Part shown: in pieces, positions 16,203 through 30,000 of the stretch | Position numbering within the stretch: position 1 is the first letter of the stretch | Layout of the letters: each line of letters starts with the position of its first letter | Assembly (NCBI GenBank): GCA_051294375.1 | Contig: CM119264.1 | Span: forward strand, 16,589,245-16,653,244 | DNA length: 64,000 nucleotides | DNA from: Paraspadella gotoi | Taxonomy: Eukaryota; Animalia; Chaetognatha | Direction: 5' to 3' | The notes under the pieces: generated by a model | Seen by the model: only the letters and a program-made list of their open reading frames with translations | Told to the model about the DNA's origin: nothing | Databases searched by the model: none | Position numbers and translations under genes: made by a program

Positions 16203-17727
16203 TTTTTAGTCGGATCTGCTTATCAGCAGATCCCGACTCTATAACTCACTTTGTCGGTCCGTCGGTCCGCCCCCTCAATATTGTCGGGCACACACTTATA
16301 TCATGTCAGAACATCGAATTATGATAAATTATGCAAAAAAAATGATGTCCGTCCGTCCGTCCGTCCGTCCGTCCGTCCGTCCGTCCGTCCCACCTTAGCA
16401 AAAAACACCAATTACTCGTGATAGGATGGATGGATTTAATGAAAATGAAATTTTGTGTGAGGATAGGTAAGTGTGTGATTGAGCTGGATATGAAGTTTCG
16501 ATGGAATCGTCCGAGTGGAAATGAGTTTAAATGGAAAAAACAAAAAAAATATATTCACTATTTGAACACCAATTGCTCATGAGTGGATGGGCTGATTGAC
16601 CTGGAATTTTGTATGTGGGTAGAAAAGTGTGTGATTGAACAGGAAATCAAGTTTCGATGGAATAGTTTGAGTGGAAATGAGTTTAAATGGAAAAAAACAA
16701 AAAACCTGTTTTACTAAATGATTATGCTTCTTTTTCCTTTTATATTAAATGTATATGCAGGATGTATTAATAAATCAAATAATAATCAGTTAATTAATCA
16801 ATTAGTAAATAAATTAATCAATAATTAATTAATTAGTCAATCAATCCGTCCATCCGTCCCATCTTAGCAAAAAGCTCCAATAACTCGTGATTGGCTGGTT
16901 GGATTGGAATTAAATTTTGTGTGTGAGTAGGAAAGTGTGTGATAAAAGCTGGATATAAAGTTTCGATGGAATCGTGTCAGTGGAAATTAGTTTTAAATGG
17001 AAAAAAACATAAGTCGAATTTACTAAAATCTTTTTATTTATTTTAACCAATAAATACTCTAATTAAATCATAATTGGATGGATAGATTGAGTTGAAATTT
17101 TGTGTGTGGGTAGGAAAATGTGTGACGAAGCTTGATATAAAGTTTCAGTGGAAACGTACCAGTGGAAATGAGTTTAAATGAAAAAAATATGAGTCACATT
17201 TACTTGAATCTTTTTATTTATTTTAACCCATGATAGATTGAGATGAAATTTTGTGAGCCGGTAGGAAAGTGAGTGAAGAAGCTAGATATAAAGTTTTGAC
17301 GAATGCAAGTTGAAAAAATTATGCAAGTTGAAAAAATGATGCAAGTTAAAAAAATCTTAAAAGCATAAGGATCGTCGCTATTGCATAAAAAGAGGAGAGA
17401 GAGAGAGAGGAGAGAGAGAGAGAAGAGAGTGAGAGAGAAGAGAGAGAGAGTAGAGAGAGAGAAGGAGACATAAAATAAAAAATCTTAAAAGACTCAAGAT
17501 CGAGCCAGAGCCCACTATCAAAGAAAATTAATGAAAAAACCCGGGAAAAAAACGAATGAATCATGCGATAACGAATTATTGAGGTAATACTAATTGATTG
17601 ATGTAATAGTAATTTATTGATGTAATAGGAATTGATTATTGATTCGATGATAATCAATTATTGATGCGATGATAGTCATTCACTGCTGTGATGATAGTCA
17701 ATAAAACAAACAAATGCGTGTATGAGT

Positions 17728-17790
<63 letters not shown>

Positions 17791-18193
17791 AAGAAAGAGA
17801 AATAAATCCACGAAAAATCTGGGATATTGTATTGAAAAAAAAGCGCGGAATAAATGGTAATAATAAAAAGTTTTTAGAAGGAAAAAAATAATCAGAATTT
17901 TTCAAAAAACAAACGATCACGCAAGAGATCGGACAGAGAGGGACAGACACACAGAGAGAAAAGAGAGAGAGAGAGACAGCCGCTGCAGAGAAAAAGAGAG
18001 AGAGAACGAGCGATAAAAAAGAGAGAGAGAGAGAGAAGCTCTACAGCCCCCGTTATCAGCAGTACCTATGGCGCCGGACGTATCGTGAGCTCTTCTCTAC
18101 CCAAAGGACCGCGGTTCGCACCCTGTTCGCGGCATCGTTTTTTACATTAGTGAGCCCACATTATATCTAAAATTTTTTTTGTAAAAAAAAAAA

Positions 18194-18229
<36 letters not shown>

Positions 18230-18766
18230 AAGAAGCTGGACAGACGCTGCAGAGCCGGAACTCGTTTTTAGACAAATCAGAAGAAGCAGTGACGGAGAAA
18301 AAGAGAGAGAGAGAGAGCGACATATATTTAAAAGAAAGAGAGAGAGAGCGACATATAATTAAAACGTTTTTGTTTTGTAAATAAAACAAACAAATACGAA
18401 TATTGATATGAAACATGAGAATTTTAAAGATCTTGATCTTAGAAGCCATATATGGAATTTCAACTCCCTATGATATCACACTTTCAGAAGCCATGATTGC
18501 AAAAAAGCGTGACCGAAAGCTAAACCGAATCAAAATCTAGCCAGGACGGGCTTTGGACGGTCATGAGACTGTCCTGACTCAATTTTAAGGACATCGATGA
18601 TGACAAGCTGAATATAAATTATAATTAATTATTAAAAATTAATTAATCTATTAATTAATTAATTAATATCTATTAATTAATTAATTATCGTAGGCAGATC
18701 CGACATTGTTGCTCAAACTTGTTTGAGAAATTTAGATCCGACATTGTTTTGCTCAAACTTGTTTTT
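16203..18766 (+). mobile_element. Helentron-associated (HINE/DINE-1-type) non-autonomous element with internal tandem repeats
   Basis: 5' subterminal gtcggatctgc (16209-16219) with an adjacent inverted partner (16226-16238). (GTCC)n microsatellite at ~16347-16389. Five ~150-180-bp internal repeats at 16420-17300. 3' inverted copy gcagatccgac (18694-18704), with the 3' end duplicated. Flanks are T-rich. Confidence 0.75.
18065..18143 (+). mobile_element. tRNA-derived SINE head (nested in the HINE)
   Basis: A-box-like TGGCGCCGGACG, B-box-like GGTTCGCACCC and a downstream T-run. Homologous to 27805-27865. Confidence 0.55.
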
Positions 18767-18786
18767 AGAAGAAAATAGTTTTAATG

Positions 18787-18952
18787 ACAGAGTGAGAGAG
18801 TCTTGATTGAAAGCTTGCAGGGACCTGCTATGTCATTATCTTGTAAGAGTGATGGAGGCCTTAAACCACCAAAGCCTGTCCAAAGTCAGGGGCAAGATAG
18901 CTTATTTATTAAATGAATGGATAATTTTTATATTGGTTGTACCAATTTCATA
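18787..18952 (+). repeat. Repeat family A copy
   Basis: gtgagagagtcttgattgaaagcttgcagggacctgc...gtcaggggcaagatagcttatttattaaatgaatgg...gtaccaatttcata. Confidence 0.9.
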
Positions 18953-19506
18953 TATAAAAGTTAAAAATTATATTTTGGCCAATAAGGACAAGTTGAAGCA
19001 AACAATGTCGCGTAACCTCAACCATAATATAATTTGTATTTTTAAAATATTTGTAATCAATCAGGTAATTCTAAAATTTGACATGATACGGCATTAAAGT
19101 ATTAATAATTATGCAATTCTAAATTTTAAAATGATACAAGATCAGAATAAGATTGTTGGAAACAAATAAACAAATATACAATGGCTACAGTATTTATTTA
19201 AATAATTTGTTTTCAAAATTTAAAATTAAAAAAGAGTTGATACGGTTACTAGTTTATAGTTTAAATTTTATAAAACTATGCATATTTATAGGTAATAAAA
19301 AAAATTTTGATAAAAAAGGCTGCTATGATTCCAAAATAGTTAAAGTTGATTAAAATCGTGTTTTTCGAGGATAGAATATTTTATACGATGTTACAGAATA
19401 AACGCTCATGTTTTCCAAAAGTATGTCATTTTAACTTAAATTTATAATTATGTTAGTTTTTCAGTTTAAAATTAAGGTTAAAGATAAGCCTTACATAAGT
19501 TTTTCA

Positions 19507-19742
19507 TATAATTGAAACATTCTTTGAAACATTATACCACTTCATTGATAGCAAGTTACTCTGGGAGTGAATAAACGAGACTGTGAGAGAGTCTTGATTG
19601 AAAGTTTGCAGGGACCTGCTATATCATTATCTGGTAAGAGTGATGGAGGCCTTAAACCACCAAACCCTGTCCAAAGTCTGGGGCAAGATAGCTTATTTAT
19701 TAAATGAATGGATAATTTTTATATTGGTGGTACTAATTTTAT
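19507..19742 (+). repeat. Repeat family A copy
   Basis: Same sequence as 18787-18952, extended at the 5' end (aattgaaacattctttgaaacatt...). Confidence 0.9.
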
Positions 19743-19749
19743 AATAATA

Positions 19750-20305
19750 TAAGGGATAAGAGTTAAGGATAAGGATTAGAGTTGAATTAAGGTTATGGAT
19801 TAGAGTTAGATTAATGTCATGGATTAGAGTTAAGGATAAGCGTTAGGGATTAAAGTAGGATTAAGGTCATGGATTAGAATTAGATTAAAGTCATGGATTA
19901 GAGTTAAATTAAGGTCATGGATTAGAGTTAAGGTTAAGCGTTAGGGATTACATTAGGTTTAGGTATTAAGCTTAAAAATTAATGAAATGAAAGTAGATTA
20001 GGCTTTAACATTTAGGTCAAAATTATATTCTAAGATTAAAGAACAGAAATAGGGCACTTTTAGAAAATATTGCATCAAGGTGAAGAGAAGTGGAGAGTTG
20101 AGGGAAAAGGAGAATTTGTTTTGTCATGAAAAAATGACAAAAAAATATAAAAAACAAATTGAGGGCTCTTTTATCTAAAAGTGCTCATTTTCTGTTATTT
20201 AATCCCTAAAATTTAATTATAACCTGAACTCAAAACCTAACCCTAACCCTAATCCACAACTCTAATCCTGACATAATAGTTAATCCTGATCTTAATCACT
20301 AACCT
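19750..20305. repeat. Two opposed MITE halves with degenerate TTAGGG/CCCTAA-like tracts
   Basis: A ggattagagtta/ttaggg-like tract (19750-20020) ends in a TIR-like sequence at ~20043-20072. The opposite TIR ggctcttttatctaaaagtgctc at ~20164 is followed by cctaaccctaaccctaa. Confidence 0.65.
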
Positions 20306-21637
20306 CCCCTTCTTCCTCGGCCGCAACTTCCGACGCAGTATTCACGCGGTACAGAACTCGAACGATGAATGCTCGGCAATCAAACGCGACAATTCCTCAA
20401 AAAGCGTCCAGACCCGGTCACGAACTCCGGCAGATTTTGCGACCTCGAGGACCGTAAGCTTGATGTTCGCTTTGTGATAAGATTCCACAAAAATATCAAG
20501 TTAAGTTGATGAGCGGGTTTTTCCGTCTCTCGCATAGTTTAGTTTAGTTTGTTAAGAAACGCCCGAACCATACGCTCATTTGCGTTTCGCGAATTTTCAA
20601 CTGCGAAGGTCTCACTCGCACCATTTCCGTTAGGCATTGGCCTTTCCTAGGAAGCCGCTATAGAAAAAGAAGCCAGTGACTTTTTTTTCTTATATTTTTA
20701 TATCGATAGATGTGGAATGACGGGAATATTGTAAATCTCAAGTTTCGCTTTAATCGGACCTCACATTGTGGAAAAATCTTAGGAAACCCATCAAAATTCC
20801 ACCCCTTTTTTTCAACATTCTCGCCTTTTAAGATTTTCGCCGATTCTGACTTCCTCTTACAAAACTTATAATTCCGCTAGTTAATTTTTTTTTTCTTAAA
20901 CGAGCGAAGAGAATCCACAACTTTCTGTTATTTTATGATTTCTGGGTAAAAAATATAATAAATTACATTAACATTGGGATATTTTGAAAGTGTAATATCT
21001 TATGAAGCCTGTGACAGTTAAATATTTAAAAATTCGCTTATTTATTATTAAAATAACATCAAAGTGAGAAGTTGAATGTCTTCCGGCTCCTTTCAGTAAA
21101 CATCCCTGTTCTCTTCAATAAGGTAATGTTTACTTTTTGCTGGTGGAAATACTAAATACTTAGGCCTCGTGATGGGGTAAATAATATTTTGTAGAATTTT
21201 GTAAGCATGTAAGCATCAGACAAGCAAATATTTAAGTGACAAAAAATTCACATTTTCTTTATCTAAAAAACTTTAAAGTTTTACTAGAGTACTATTTAGC
21301 ATTTTTTCTTTCAGAATCATTAAAAAGAATTTAATTTTCATTTATTCTTATGGGTCATTAGTTTTAAAATTCATTATAATTTTGACTTAGTTTGACACTA
21401 ACCCTGTAAGGAGGTTTCAGCATAAGTAATTCTAAAATTGTATCTTGTATGTGCCCTATGATTATGGCTTCATTTTGGTACTATTGCCATCCCTTTATCT
21501 TTATTCCTTCAAAAGATATTAGGAAAAATCAGTTTTTTTCTCAACCTTCCTTTTTATTTCTTTTTAAATAAAAATTTCGCGATTTAAACCAGACTATTTC
21601 AATTAAACCTGATCATTATATATCAAAATCATTATAA

Positions 21638-22504
21638 NNNNNNNNNNNNNNNNNNNNNNNNNNNNNNNNNNNNNNNNNNNNNNNNNNNNNNNNNNNNNNN
21701 NNNNNNNNNNNNNNNNNNNNNNNNNNNNNNNNNNNNNNNNNNNNNNNNNNNNNNNNNNNNNNNNNNNNNNNNNNNNNNNNNNNNNNNNNNNNNNNNNNNN
21801 NNNNNNNNNNNNNNNNNNNNNNNNNNNNNNNNNNNNNNNNNNNNNNNNNNNNNNNNNNNNNNNNNNNNNNNNNNNNNNNNNNNNNNNNNNNNNNNNNNNN
21901 NNNNNNNNNNNNNNNNNNNNNNNNNNNNNNNNNNNNNNNNNNNNNNNNNNNNNNNNNNNNNNNNNNNNNNNNNNNNNNNNNNNNNNNNNNNNNNNNNNNN
22001 NNNNNNNNNNNNNNNNNNNNNNNNNNNNNNNNNNNNNNNNNNNNNNNNNNNNNNNNNNNNNNNNNNNNNNNNNNNNNNNNNNNNNNNNNNNNNNNNNNNN
22101 NNNNNNNNNNNNNNNNNNNNNNNNNNNNNNNNNNNNNNNNNNNNNNNNNNNNNNNNNNNNNNNNNNNNNNNNNNNNNNNNNNNNNNNNNNNNNNNNNNNN
22201 NNNNNNNNNNNNNNNNNNNNNNNNNNNNNNNNNNNNNNNNNNNNNNNNNNNNNNNNNNNNNNNNNNNNNNNNNNNNNNNNNNNNNNNNNNNNNNNNNNNN
22301 NNNNNNNNNNNNNNNNNNNNNNNNNNNNNNNNNNNNNNNNNNNNNNNNNNNNNNNNNNNNNNNNNNNNNNNNNNNNNNNNNNNNNNNNNNNNNNNNNNNN
22401 NNNNNNNNNNNNNNNNNNNNNNNNNNNNNNNNNNNNNNNNNNNNNNNNNNNNNNNNNNNNNNNNNNNNNNNNNNNNNNNNNNNNNNNNNNNNNNNNNNNN
22501 NNNN
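21638..22504. other. Assembly gap; further 10-N gaps at 27219-27228, 28374-28383, 34074-34083
   Basis: Runs of n. Confidence 1.
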
Positions 22505-22737
22505 AAAAAAACCTTTGACTTTTTTCGTCAGAGCTTAGTCCTAAGACAATATAATTACAAGAAAAACGAAATAGGTGTGCATTGTGGAATGAGCAATGTG
22601 CAATTTACATTATGCATTGTGCAATAGACAAGGTTGCGATCTAAATCTCTTTCGCGTCGGAAATAGCAGAACTCCCGCCTGAAGATAACGTTAACTCAAA
22701 ATTAAAGAAAATTTTCAACTTGGCAATAATGAATATT

Positions 22738-23149
22738 TATGAAATTGGTACAACCAATATAAAAATTATCCATTCATTTAATAAATAAGCTATCTTGCCC
22801 CTGACTTTGGACAGGCTTTGGTGGTTTAAGGCCTCCATCACTCTTACAAGATAATGACATAGCAGGTCCTGCAAGGTTTCAATCAAAACTCTCTCACAGT
22901 CTCGTTTATTCACTCCCAGAGTACCTGGCTTCCCTATCAATGAAGTGGTATAATATTTCAAAGAATGTTTCAATTGTATGAAAAGACCACTCCCTTAAGT
23001 ATTAGATCGGGGAATACTTATTGTACTCCGCACTAGCATCAAAATACAAGGAGCTGAATTTTATGAAATTGGTACAACCAATATAAAAATTATCCATTCA
23101 TTTAATAAATAAGCTCATCTTGCCCCTGACTTTGGACAGGCTTTGGTGG

Positions 23150-23152
<3 letters not shown>
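22738..23152 (-). repeat. Two tandem copies of repeat family A (22738-23032 and truncated 23061-23152)
   Basis: Both begin tatgaaattggtacaaccaatataaaaattatccattcatttaataaataagct on the + strand. Confidence 0.9.
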
Positions 23153-23225
<73 letters not shown>

Positions 23226-23431
23226 ATAGATCTATAAAAGTAGCCTAATGCGAAAATTAAAAAATATAAAATTAATTTTTTTTATAAATTAATGTTCACT
23301 AGTGGTACGTTGTTCATAATTGACAATTATAATTTTCATACGTGACTTTCACTACACTCTATTGAATATAGTAAAGAAGAAAGTAGGGTTTACTATCGGA
23401 CGTGTCTTACGACCCCCCGTCGTTGATCGTA

Positions 23432-23673
23432 CAGAGTGTCTCAAGCGTACTGTCACTTTATAAAAAAAGCATTTACTGTACTCGTTTCTACAGTTTTATA
23501 TAATGTCCTTATTTTTAAAATCAATCGATTATATATCACATGTTTATCAGATGTAACTGTATACTGTAAATGTATGAACTCATCTTTCCGGTAGTTCTTT
23601 CAAATTAATCATTCACCTTAACAATTTGACACAGCGTTCATTTGTAAAGTGACAGTACGCTTGAGACACTCTG
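23432..23673. mobile_element. Tc1/mariner-type MITE, 242 bp
   Basis: Perfect 29-bp TIRs cagagtgtctcaagcgtactgtcacttta, with TA on both sides (23430-31, 23674-75). Confidence 0.9.
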
Positions 23674-25384
23674 TACATTGAGATCGTGTCGTCTTCTGTC
23701 CGGGAAATCTTCAAACATCAATCTTTTCCAGTTTTCGCTTTTAATTATTTCGGGGAAAATAAAGAGAGGAAGAAGTCGCTGACGCTGACCACGATGACGA
23801 CGATGACGACTGTGGCACGATTTGCATTTACTTAGTCATTCTCATTTTATTATCGTCCTCAAATATTGTTCGTACGATCACAGCTGAAAAAAAAGTGAAA
23901 AAAGTGAAAAAAATTGGCGATAAACGTTTTAGCGGAAATCGTTTTTGTGCTACCTATTGAATGTCCTTTAAGGTCCACACGCAATATGGACATAAAAAAG
24001 CGTTTATTTATATCGTTGTTTGTCATTTTCCTATTCTCCCTTTCATCACGCTCTCTCTCTCTCACTCTTTCTCGCATATTTGAAAACATCGCCGACATCT
24101 TTCTTCCACTAGAGGACATCTTGTATTTCTGCGAATCTTCTTTGAGAATTTCATTTTCCTCAACCGATTCTATTTTTTTTTATTCTGTTTTTCTTCCCCT
24201 TTCATCTCAAATCTTTTCCCGGGCCGTGTTATTTTGCCTGGGAAAATAAGCTGATCTCAAGGCCTTTAGATGGGTATAAAATCGGTTTTCTTTAATAAAT
24301 GTTCCCGAGTTTATCATAGAAATACAAATTGGATTTAAATTAATTTAATTTTTGTTATTTACTATTTTTAAAAACTATGTGCATTGCATAATAAAGTGGA
24401 GCTCTCGAGAACAATTATTTGATTTAAGTCAATAATATAAAAATTTTAATAACAATAATATTAATATCAATAACAATAATAATTTTGTGCGTGATATTAT
24501 GATTATGGAGTACTTAAAATATTTTGTTCATATTGTTTTGGGAACAGAAACGCAAAAAGCAATATATTTATAGTATTAAATAAATCATTTTTTTTTGGAA
24601 ATTTTTATTAGATATTCAGATTCCTTATAAAAAGTTAGACCAAAAACATGTTATCAAAAATTCCCTTGTTTTCAGTGCCAAATTTGGGGAAAAAAGTCAA
24701 AGTTCTTCACTTTTGTGCTCTCTGTCGTAGAACCGATTATGTGATAAAACCTTTTTAGCCATTTTCTCAGCTTTAATTTTAATATTTCATCTAACATATT
24801 TTACATATTTACATATTTTTCTGAAGAATCCGAATCTGTTATTAAAGTTTAAGAAAATACAATTTGCTCTACTGATATGCTAAAATTTTTTTTTTGAAGG
24901 GATGATTTTCTTTAAATACATATGTAGATCGAGTCAGTAAAAAAATATTGTTAACTGGCTTGATCTTTTCATCACTCCACCCTATGTATAGAGTTAATTC
25001 GAAGTTTCTAAATTTCAGGATAATTGTCGTGGTGAATACACAATTTACAGAACATATAAACATTTGTGTCTTCCTCTAGAATGAATAATTGGCTATTGTT
25101 TGTTTCTTGAAAAACGTTCCTTATTCTTCCTCTTAAAGTAGAACTCACAATGGAGTGCTTTTACTGATTCAAACGAAAATTTATTCTCCATTTTCAAAAT
25201 TATATTTGTTTTGTCTTTGTAAGAATATTAGGATTTTCTGAATTCGATTCAAATTTTTTGAGCTTTTTAACGAACTGTTACTCCGCTCGATGAACCGTTA
25301 AAACGCTTTTATTTCGCCAAATATTCCTTGCAAACGAAAGGTAAACTAAATTTCACGTGCATCCTCTTTTTAGAGTGATCAAAA

Positions 25385-25762
25385 ATGACATTTACCTGGG
25401 CAACTGTCGTCGACAATGCAACGACCAACGACAAAAAAGAATTGATTCTGTTTGTCAACCGTTCCGCTTCCTCCTGTGACATCAACATAGCAGACGGAAA
25501 TAGAGCTGATGGCAGAAGCGGCGGGACCAATGGTATCGTCATTGGCGTAGGTCAGTTTGAACGCTACAAATTTAGCGCCGCACATCCCACGACTCAGCCT
25601 TACCTTACTCTCGCAGGCGCGCTACTCTCCCTCATCGCCATTTTGACCATCGTCGGAAATCTCATCGTCGTCGCCAGCGTCGGTCGCCACTTGACGACCC
25701 GGAAGGGAACAGGGGGCGGTGGCGCCATGAGGACTTGGCGCATCTCAATTTGGTTTATTGGT

Positions 25763-25844
<82 letters not shown>

Positions 25845-26982
25845 TCAGAAACTACTTGGGTCCCGGGCTCGATCTTCGGCAATACTATTTTTTTACTCTA
25901 TGAAATTGGTACAACCAATATAAAAATTATCCTTTCATTTAATAAATAAGCTATCTTGTCCCTGACTTTGGACAGGCTTTGGTGGTTTAAGGCCTCCATC
26001 ACTCTTACAAGATAATGACATAGCAGGTCACTGCAAGCTTTCAATCAAGACTCTCTCATAGTCTCGTTTATTTACTCCCAGAGCACCTGGCTTCTCTATC
26101 AATGAAGTGTTCATCTTGACATGCGTCCGGATTAAAACATTGACGAGGTCCGTAGACCTTGACCTTAGTGATCCCGAAGGAACAATCACGCATATTTCCT
26201 TTCATCGACTTTTACTTCTTGTTCTTTTTTTTAATCGATTTCAGGAACGATTTAATTTTTTCGATCGAGTTTAGTCATTGTTTCATCACTTAACCCGTCA
26301 GTCTCTCAGAAGTTCTCTTAACACACATTATTTCCTTTGTAAACTTACAAAATCCTTTCCTCCATCATTTAACTTATTTCTTCATAAAATTCCCATTATT
26401 TTTCACCACTTCTACCCCATTTCAACTTCTTTCCCAGGTTCGTTAGCGGTGGCGGATTCGCTAGTTGGCTCAGCGATCATGCCCGTCGCCCTGGCGCAAG
26501 ATTTGACCGGAAGATGGCCTTTCCACGCGGCGCTCTGCCCGCTCTGGCTCGCCACCGACGTTCTGCTTTCGTCGGCTTCGATATTCAACCTCTGCCTTCT
26601 CAGCCTCGACAGGTCAGCACGGTCAGATCGTCTGTTCGTCAGTTCGTTCGTTCGTTCCTTCAATCGTTCGTTCCTTCGTTAATCCATTATGATAATTAAC
26701 TGGCATATCACTTTTATTTATATTTAATATTTATTGATCTCCCTCACAACGATTTTAATATATTTTTCGCCCCCACGTCTTTTATCTACTTCCGCCTCGA
26801 GTCCCTCCAATTCCCACGGGTCAATCCCTCTCGTTCCGCTGCCAACCCGATCTCTCCAACTTCTTTTCTTTTTCCTTCTTTCTTTCCTCCCAATTTTTAT
26901 TCTTCTCTCGACTCTCACGAGTTCAGCTTTTTTATCTTCTCTCCTGTTCTCACGCGCCGAGATTTTCGCCCACTTTTTCGAA

Positions 26983-27078
<96 letters not shown>

Positions 27079-30000
27079 CACATGCCGGTCCGTCGCGATT
27101 CATCAACATCAACTCCACGAAGAAATCGTTTCAATCGTCGCGTTGAAAAAACAAGGAACGGTTATTCCGAGGTGTTGCGCCGCATGACTTTTCTTTTTAC
27201 TTATCTTGTCATTTATTCNNNNNNNNNNATTTCTTTAAAAACGAATCCACTCTTTACTCCCGAACCGATAGGTTTCGCCAGCATGCACCGTTTCCTCATA
27301 ATTTCTCTTCATCCTCTTCCCCCTCCTCCCGGAGATCCAGGCTCGCGTCCAGGGTTGATGTTTTTCATTTACGCTTTTTTCTCTCTTTTCTCTCTCACCG
27401 TCCCTCTCCCATTCAGCTTCTGTTACCCTTTTTTTTACCACTGTCCTTACTTACTTAGACTCACCCGACCTTAGTTAGAGACTCCCCCCCCAAAAAAAAT
27501 GGCGGAAACCAGTCGAAATGTTCGCAAATCCATTGGCACGTCCCCTGAATCACGTTTTCCTAATTATGATCCGCGTCCATTGTTCTCTGGCTTTCCACTT
27601 CGGGCGAGGAGATGAATTTTATTTATTAGCCCCACGTTGCTCTTTTATTTCGCTCGCACGACTGAATAATGTTTGCCTATTCAGCGAATTCAATGAATGA
27701 ATGAGGCCAACATTTGTTAAATATTATGAATGATTGTGTCGTTATGACTTAACGAGGTATAGGCAATGACAAGAATCGTGTAACCGTTACTCATCCGCGA
27801 TGCTCCTATGGCGCCGGAGGATGCACGAGCTCCTCCCATCCTAAAGGACTAGGGTTCGCGCCCTGCTGATTCACACAAGCGCGACGGGGCGTCTGATCCA
27901 CCTGTAGTGACGGACTACAGCTCGGTCCGAAGTCCGGGACCTTGTGTGCGACGTAGGGTGAACCGCTCGCGCCATCGTCTTCCACAACCGCAGCTTTTGA
28001 GATGAGTTTAAAGGATGAACATCGCTTTCTCACAGACCTAATAGGCAAGCGAGTAGTATTAATTACGTTCTTTTTTTATGGAAAAGGAATAAACCAGCTG
28101 TTACTAAATGTTACAAACGAAAAAATCATACTGTAGATTGATTGAAGTTTAAGCTTCTGAAAACCTCAGAGGCGCCATCTCTCTAGCCCCTCCAAAAAAA
28201 GTTTTTCTAGAAAAAAAAGACCATCATTACGATGGTGAGATAAGTGATGGAAGAAGAAAAGGAAGAAGAACGGGAATAATCTAATATATAAGAAGGAAAG
28301 AAAGAAAGAAAGAAAAGGTTTTTCCCCGGAGAAAAGAAATCAGAACAAAGGAAGAAATAAAGAGGAAAGGAAANNNNNNNNNNGACCCAAGTGAAAGAAA
28401 TGTTCGACGGAGAAAAAGAAAAGAGGAAGAGTTAAAGATTTTCTCCCGGGGATCAATAACCTTTTCACTAACCCAATCCCCACAATTCCCCACCGTCCCC
28501 TCCATCTCCGACCCCAAGGTACCTCGCCATCCAAGAGTCCATCCGTTATCCTCAGCTGGTGACCTCTCGACGGGCTCGTCTGGCCATATCCTTCGTCTGG
28601 ATGGTGGCGGCCGCCATCGCCGCCTTTCCCTTTCTTCTCTCCGACTTGACGTTGCACCCGGAATCTGCCGTCAACGACGACGTCTGCCAGACGGTCTTCA
28701 ACCTGCCCTACTCTCTCGCCTCCTCCGCCATCAGCTTCTACATCCCGGCCACGGTCATGACCAGCGTTTACAGCAAGGTATCCCTCTTTAATTTTCTTCT
28801 ACTTTTTATTTTGTATTTCATTATTTTTATTTTTTTCGCGCTTCTGAATTCTTTTCTCCTCCACTTTCTTTTTTTTCCCTTTTTTTCGACACGAATTTTT
28901 TTTTCTCTATATTTTTTTAATCTATTTTTTACATCGATTTAATAATTTCTTTATCAATTTTTATTTTCTCCTTTTTATTTTTATTTTTTTTTTTTTTTTA
29001 ATTTCTTCACTTTGCGCATTTTTTTAGCTTCGCTTGTTTTCTCATTTTTCATGATCCCCTTATCTTTTTTTCTTTTCCCCCCTTTTCCGACGTTCTCGAT
29101 TCATTTTCATTTCTTTTTTTTCCTTCTGTTTACATTCGAGAGACTCTTTCGTCTGCTTTCGCTAATGTTTTTCGACTGCTCTCCCTCCGTTCATTTTTTT
29201 GCACATAAATTCGTATTCCCATGGGCTTTGTTGCTCTTTTCCTGGGCAAACTTGTCCGGAAGTGCTTCTTGATTTTTTTTCTGTTTGACCTAACTTTTAC
29301 CACAATGCTTTTCTTGTTCGCTCACTTTCAAGGCGCGACCTGTTCTGTTTTTTTCTTCTCTCCTCACAGTGCTAGTACTAACTCTCTCGTTTCTTCTCTC
29401 TCTTCCACACGCGTCCTTCCTTCTCTTTCGCCTTTTCTTTTTATGACGGATTTTATGTCTTCTTGTCTCGCGTCGCCTTTAGTTTTTTGGGCGCGAGGGA
29501 AATTTTCCGGCGGAACTCTGTCCAAGCGAAAACGGGAGGGCGGGTCGAGATTTGCCCCCATAAATTCTTCCCCGTTTAATCTGTGCCAAAAAATCGTCAA
29601 GGTCGAACTCTTACAAAACTTGGAAATTGCAACTAGTACTCATGATATCTTATCTAGGATTGCTTTTATTTAAACGAAAACCGAAATTGTTAACCAACTT
29701 TTAGGACGTTACAAGTAAAAAGTGCATGATTCCCTTTCCAGCGAATTCGGTGAGATTTTGAATCAAATTCCTACATATGTGTTTGACTTGTGAAACCATT
29801 GTTCCAGGTTTACGCGATTGCAAAGAAGCAGGCAAAAGCTATAGCACACTTGGAGAAGCACATCCAAAGTCTGCAGTGTCAATCGACGCAAGATTTGCGG
29901 TGCAACAGCCGCTGCAGCGAGCTCAGCACCCCGAGTCACCTTAGCGTTCACGCCGTCGCTGCTGGGAAAGACTGCGGTCATGATTCTACAAAAAAATTGT

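Noticed and set aside
18065-18135. Functional tRNA gene
   Set aside because: It has no well-paired acceptor stem or cloverleaf, so it is treated as a SINE head.
19750-20305. Head-to-head telomere fusion site
   Set aside because: The repeats are degenerate and bounded by MITE-type ends seen elsewhere in the window.
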